DNA of 36,269 bases, from NCBI GenBank assembly GCA_043739205.1, contig JAYUEQ010000051.1:1-36269 (forward strand). Reading direction: 5' to 3'. The notes under the pieces were generated by a model, which worked only from the letters and a program-made list of their open reading frames with translations, searched no databases and was not told where the DNA came from. This document shows, one piece after another, positions 33,414 through 36,269 of the stretch (the first letter of the stretch is position 1; the number at the start of each line of letters is the position of its first letter). The stretch is from Thermoleophilia bacterium. GTDB taxonomy: Bacteria; Actinomycetota; Thermoleophilia; Gaiellales; Gaiellaceae. Both the position numbers and the translations under genes were made by a program.

Positions 33414-34412
33414 CTACTTCCCGAACCAGGCCTTGACCTTCGCAGCGTTCGCGGCGATCCACTTCTGGCCGGCAGCGTCCGGCTTCATGTGGTCGCCTGC
33501 GATCCACTTCGCGACGATCTCCTGATCGGCGTTCGTCAGCTTGAAGTTCTTCAGCGCCGTGTAGGCCGGGCTGCCGCCCGTGGCGAACTTCTTGCTGAAG
33601 ACCTTCTCGATCACCGTGTTGTCGTACGCGCACTTGTACTGCGCGACGGCGCCGCCGGCCTTCGCGTCGTCCTGGCAGCCCTTGAACCGGGGCGGCAGCT
33701 TCACTTCAGAGAGCTGGTACTCCGTGTTCAAGTACTGCGGCGTGTACCAGTAGAAGATGACCGCCTTGTGCTGCTTGTAGAGCTGGCTCCAGCGCGCGAC
33801 CTGCGCCGGCTCGGCGCCGACGCTGACGAACTTGAGGTTCAGGCCGAGTGCCTTGATCAGCTGCTGGTCCTTCTGGACGTATGACGGGTCGCCGCCGAGG
33901 AACATCCCCTGCGAGCCGGACTCGGGGCTCTTGAAGAGCGACTCCTTGCCCTTCAGGCCCTTCCAGGTCGCGAACTCCGGATGCGCCTTCATCAGGTAGG
34001 TCGGGATGTACCACCCGATGTGCCCGACGACGCCGTTCGGCCCGCCCGCGACGACCGTGTGCTGCTTCTGGATGTACTGCTTGTACTGGTCGACGTGCTG
34101 CCAGTCCTCGAGCACCGCGTCCGTCTTGCCGTTCGCGAGCGCCTGGTAGACGGGGATTTCCGCGATCTGCGTGATGTTGATCTTGCAGCCGAGGTACTTC
34201 TCGAGCGCGGCCTTCGCGATGTAGGTGTTGGCCGTCGAACCGGCCCACGCCTGCTCGTTGAGCGTGACGGTCCCGCAGGCCGACTTTGCTGCGCCGGCAG
34301 TGCCGACGAGCATGACGGCGCTCGCCGCGACCGCAAGACCCGCCGCGGCAAGTGCAAACCTGCGGCTCCCTCTAACCCGATCCGACATCCGTGCCTCCTC
34401 TGTGATTGCCAT
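33414..34412 (-). CDS. Glycine betaine/proline-type ABC substrate-binding protein (OpuAC/ProX family)
   Basis: 332 aa with a signal peptide. Motifs LNEQAWAGSTANTYIAK, VLEDWQH and YWYTPQY. Starts immediately after the permease stop. An alternative ATG lies at 34388. Confidence 0.85.
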   Translation of the reverse strand: MAITEEARMSDRVRGSRRFALAAAGLAVAASAVMLVGTAGAAKSACGTVTLNEQAWAGSTANTYIAKAALEKYLGCKINITQIAEIPVYQALANGKTDAVLEDWQHVDQYKQYIQKQHTVVAGGPNGVVGHIGWYIPTYLMKAHPEFATWKGLKGKESLFKSPESGSQGMFLGGDPSYVQKDQQLIKALGLNLKFVSVGAEPAQVARWSQLYKQHKAVIFYWYTPQYLNTEYQLSEVKLPPRFKGCQDDAKAGGAVAQYKCAYDNTVIEKVFSKKFATGGSPAYTALKNFKLTNADQEIVAKWIAGDHMKPDAAGQKWIAANAAKVKAWFGK

Positions 34413-36269
34413 TTACGCCTGCTTCCTTACGCGTACGCGTCCCTGGGTGACGCGGTCGAGCGTGATGCCGAGCGCGAGAATCGCAACCGACGCGAGCACG
34501 CCCAGCCCGAATGCATTGCGCTGCAGTCCCGTTGCCACCTCGTAGCCGAGTGCGCCGGAACCGACGAGCCCGCCGATCACGACGACGGCAAGCACCATGA
34601 TGATCGCCTGGTTGACGCCGAGCATGATCGCGTCGCGGGCGAGTGGGATCTTGACCTTCAACAACACCTGTAGACGTGTCGCGCCGCAGGATGTTGCGGC
34701 CTCGACCGACTCAGGCGAAACGCCCTCGATCCCGCGCTGCACGAGCCGAATCATCACCGGCGACGCGTAGAGCACGGATGCGACGACCCCGGGGACGCCG
34801 GACACGGGCATCAGGTAGATGAACGGGATGATGTAGACGAGCTGCGGCAGCGTTTGCAGCACGTCGTTCACCGGTCGCAGGATGCGCGAGACACGGCGAT
34901 TCTCCGCGGCCCACACACCCATCACGAACCCGACGATCACGGTGAGCAGCGTCGCGACCAACACTTGGGAAAAGGTGTCCATAGCGTTCGCCCACTCACC
35001 GACGAGGCCGACGACGAAGAGCATCACGAGGGTCGTCAGCGCGGGGCGGAGGCCACTGAGCAAGAACGCGATCAGCACGAGCCCGATCAGCGTCACGGGC
35101 CACGGCGTTTCGATGAAGAAGCTGCGCAGCGGCTGGATGCCATGCTGCACGATGAAGTTGCCGGTCGGGTTCGTGATGTCGCGGAAGAGGAACGTGCCCG
35201 GGTTCTGGATGTAGTCGAGCCCACGCTGGGCGTACTGGCGGAGCCAGTCCTGTGCCGTCCAGCGCGACCAGTCCGCGCCCGCGTTCGCGACGTGCCCGAC
35301 GATCACCGCGCCGATCACGGCTGCCGCGCAGGCGGCGGTGTAGAGGCGCAGTTGTCGTGACTTCTGGGCGTCGAGATGGCGATGCGCGGGATCGGTGCGG
35401 TTCGCCATCGCCTCGGTCGCCCGGTCGAGAGCGATCGCCATGATCACGATCGCCGCGCCGGCGAAGATCGCCATCACGGGATCGGTGTAGAGACCGTTCG
35501 TCACCGAGTCGCCGAGCCCAGCGCCGCCGATCAGTCCGGCGATCACGACCATCGAGAGCGCGAAGAGGATCGTCTGGTTGACGGAAAGGAGCAACATCCG
35601 ACGTGCAAGCGGCAGTTGAACCTTCGTCAGCACCTGCCAGCGCGTCGCACCGATCGCGGTCGCCGCCTCCACGGTATTCGCGGGAACGCCGCGGATGCCG
35701 AGCGCGGTGATTCGGATCGCTGGCGGAACGGCGTAGATCATCGTCGTCACGACGGCGGCGCCAGGCCCGACCGAGAAGAGGATCACGACCGGCATCAGGT
35801 ACGCGAACGCGGGAATGATCTGCATTGCGTCGAGGATCGGCGTGACGATGCGGTTGAAGCGCGAGGAGCGGCCGGCCAGCACGCCGAGCGGCACGCCGAC
35901 CGCCAGCGAGAGCGAAACCGCGGCGAGCATCAGCGAGAACGTCTGGACCGACTCTTCCCACAGCCCGATCGCGGCGAAGCTCGCGAAGGCGACGAGCACA
36001 CCGAGCGCGGCTTTGCGGCCGCCGTAGCGCAGGACGACGAGCGTCCCGAGTGCGACGGTCCCGGCCCATGTGAGTTTGTGGAAGAAGCTCGTCAGCCAAC
36101 CGACGAGATGGTCGAGGAAGTTCGCGAAGCCGTTGAAGACACTGAACACGAGGTTCGGATGGGGCACGTTGCGGTTGTTGCTCAGCCAGACCTGGAAGCG
36201 GTCGAGGTGCGGAGAGAGCGAGTTCCAGGTGAGCGCGGTGGGCCAGTTCGCCTGGTTCTTCCAGCCGAG
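34413..36269 (-). CDS. Glycine betaine-type ABC permease with two tandem transmembrane domains in one chain (OpuAB/ProW-like); 5' end probably outside the window
   Basis: There are two homologous halves, each with an EAA loop (EAATAIGATRWQVLTKVQLPLARR and EAATSCGATRLQVLLKVKIPLARD). The frame stays open from the listed GTG (36167) to the window edge, reading LGWKNQANWPTALTWNSLSPHLDRFQVWL. The true start may therefore lie upstream. Confidence 0.8.
   Translation of the reverse strand, partial: LGWKNQANWPTALTWNSLSPHLDRFQVWLSNNRNVPHPNLVFSVFNGFANFLDHLVGWLTSFFHKLTWAGTVALGTLVVLRYGGRKAALGVLVAFASFAAIGLWEESVQTFSLMLAAVSLSLAVGVPLGVLAGRSSRFNRIVTPILDAMQIIPAFAYLMPVVILFSVGPGAAVVTTMIYAVPPAIRITALGIRGVPANTVEAATAIGATRWQVLTKVQLPLARRMLLLSVNQTILFALSMVVIAGLIGGAGLGDSVTNGLYTDPVMAIFAGAAIVIMAIALDRATEAMANRTDPAHRHLDAQKSRQLRLYTAACAAAVIGAVIVGHVANAGADWSRWTAQDWLRQYAQRGLDYIQNPGTFLFRDITNPTGNFIVQHGIQPLRSFFIETPWPVTLIGLVLIAFLLSGLRPALTTLVMLFVVGLVGEWANAMDTFSQVLVATLLTVIVGFVMGVWAAENRRVSRILRPVNDVLQTLPQLVYIIPFIYLMPVSGVPGVVASVLYASPVMIRLVQRGIEGVSPESVEAATSCGATRLQVLLKVKIPLARDAIMLGVNQAIIMVLAVVVIGGLVGSGALGYEVATGLQRNAFGLGVLASVAILALGITLDRVTQGRVRVRKQA

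Overview
High-GC bacterial chromosomal segment, probably from an Actinomycetota-like lineage (an inference from composition, GTG starts and gene content). It is densely packed with about 40 genes, many joined by 4-nt ATGA/GTGA start-stop overlaps. I saw no transposase, integrase, cas gene, CRISPR array, tRNA or rRNA. Gene order runs as follows. (1) phoH-ybeY-(dgkA::PAP2 fusion)-cdd-era. (2) An ABC-2 exporter pair. (3) deoC, a full-length aldehyde dehydrogenase, a short ALDH-like protein and a cupin. (4) A degenerate IGPS-like protein. (5) A lipoprotein plus a Tat-exported DyP-like protein. (6) pfk on the minus strand. (7) A five-gene operon: COG4315-type lipoprotein, Mo-oxidoreductase, cytochrome b, OmpR-type regulator and histidine kinase. 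(8) A convergent ABC-2 exporter. (9) An SDR and a HAD hydrolase. (10) A membrane protein with a Pro-rich tandem repeat. (11) A minus-strand NAD-type formate dehydrogenase operon. (12) PHP-glpD. (13) A PotABCD-like ABC importer. (14) GDPD and HAD genes. (15) An EamA transporter. (16) An OpuA-type betaine transporter that runs off the window edge. Three signals stand out. First, the formate dehydrogenase catalytic gene carries an in-frame UGA followed by a SECIS-like hairpin, so the ORF track has cut one selenoprotein gene in two. Second, the same enzyme's alpha subunit is split into two genes in permuted order, separated by the NuoEF-like diaphorase gene. Third, a 13-bp palindrome, GGTGTCWGACACC, occurs nine times, only in four intergenic gaps, always as 2-3 copies phased 47-49 bp apart. 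In two cases it supplies the stop codon or C-terminal residues of the neighbouring gene. All functional calls rest on motifs read by eye from the translations; no database search was possible.
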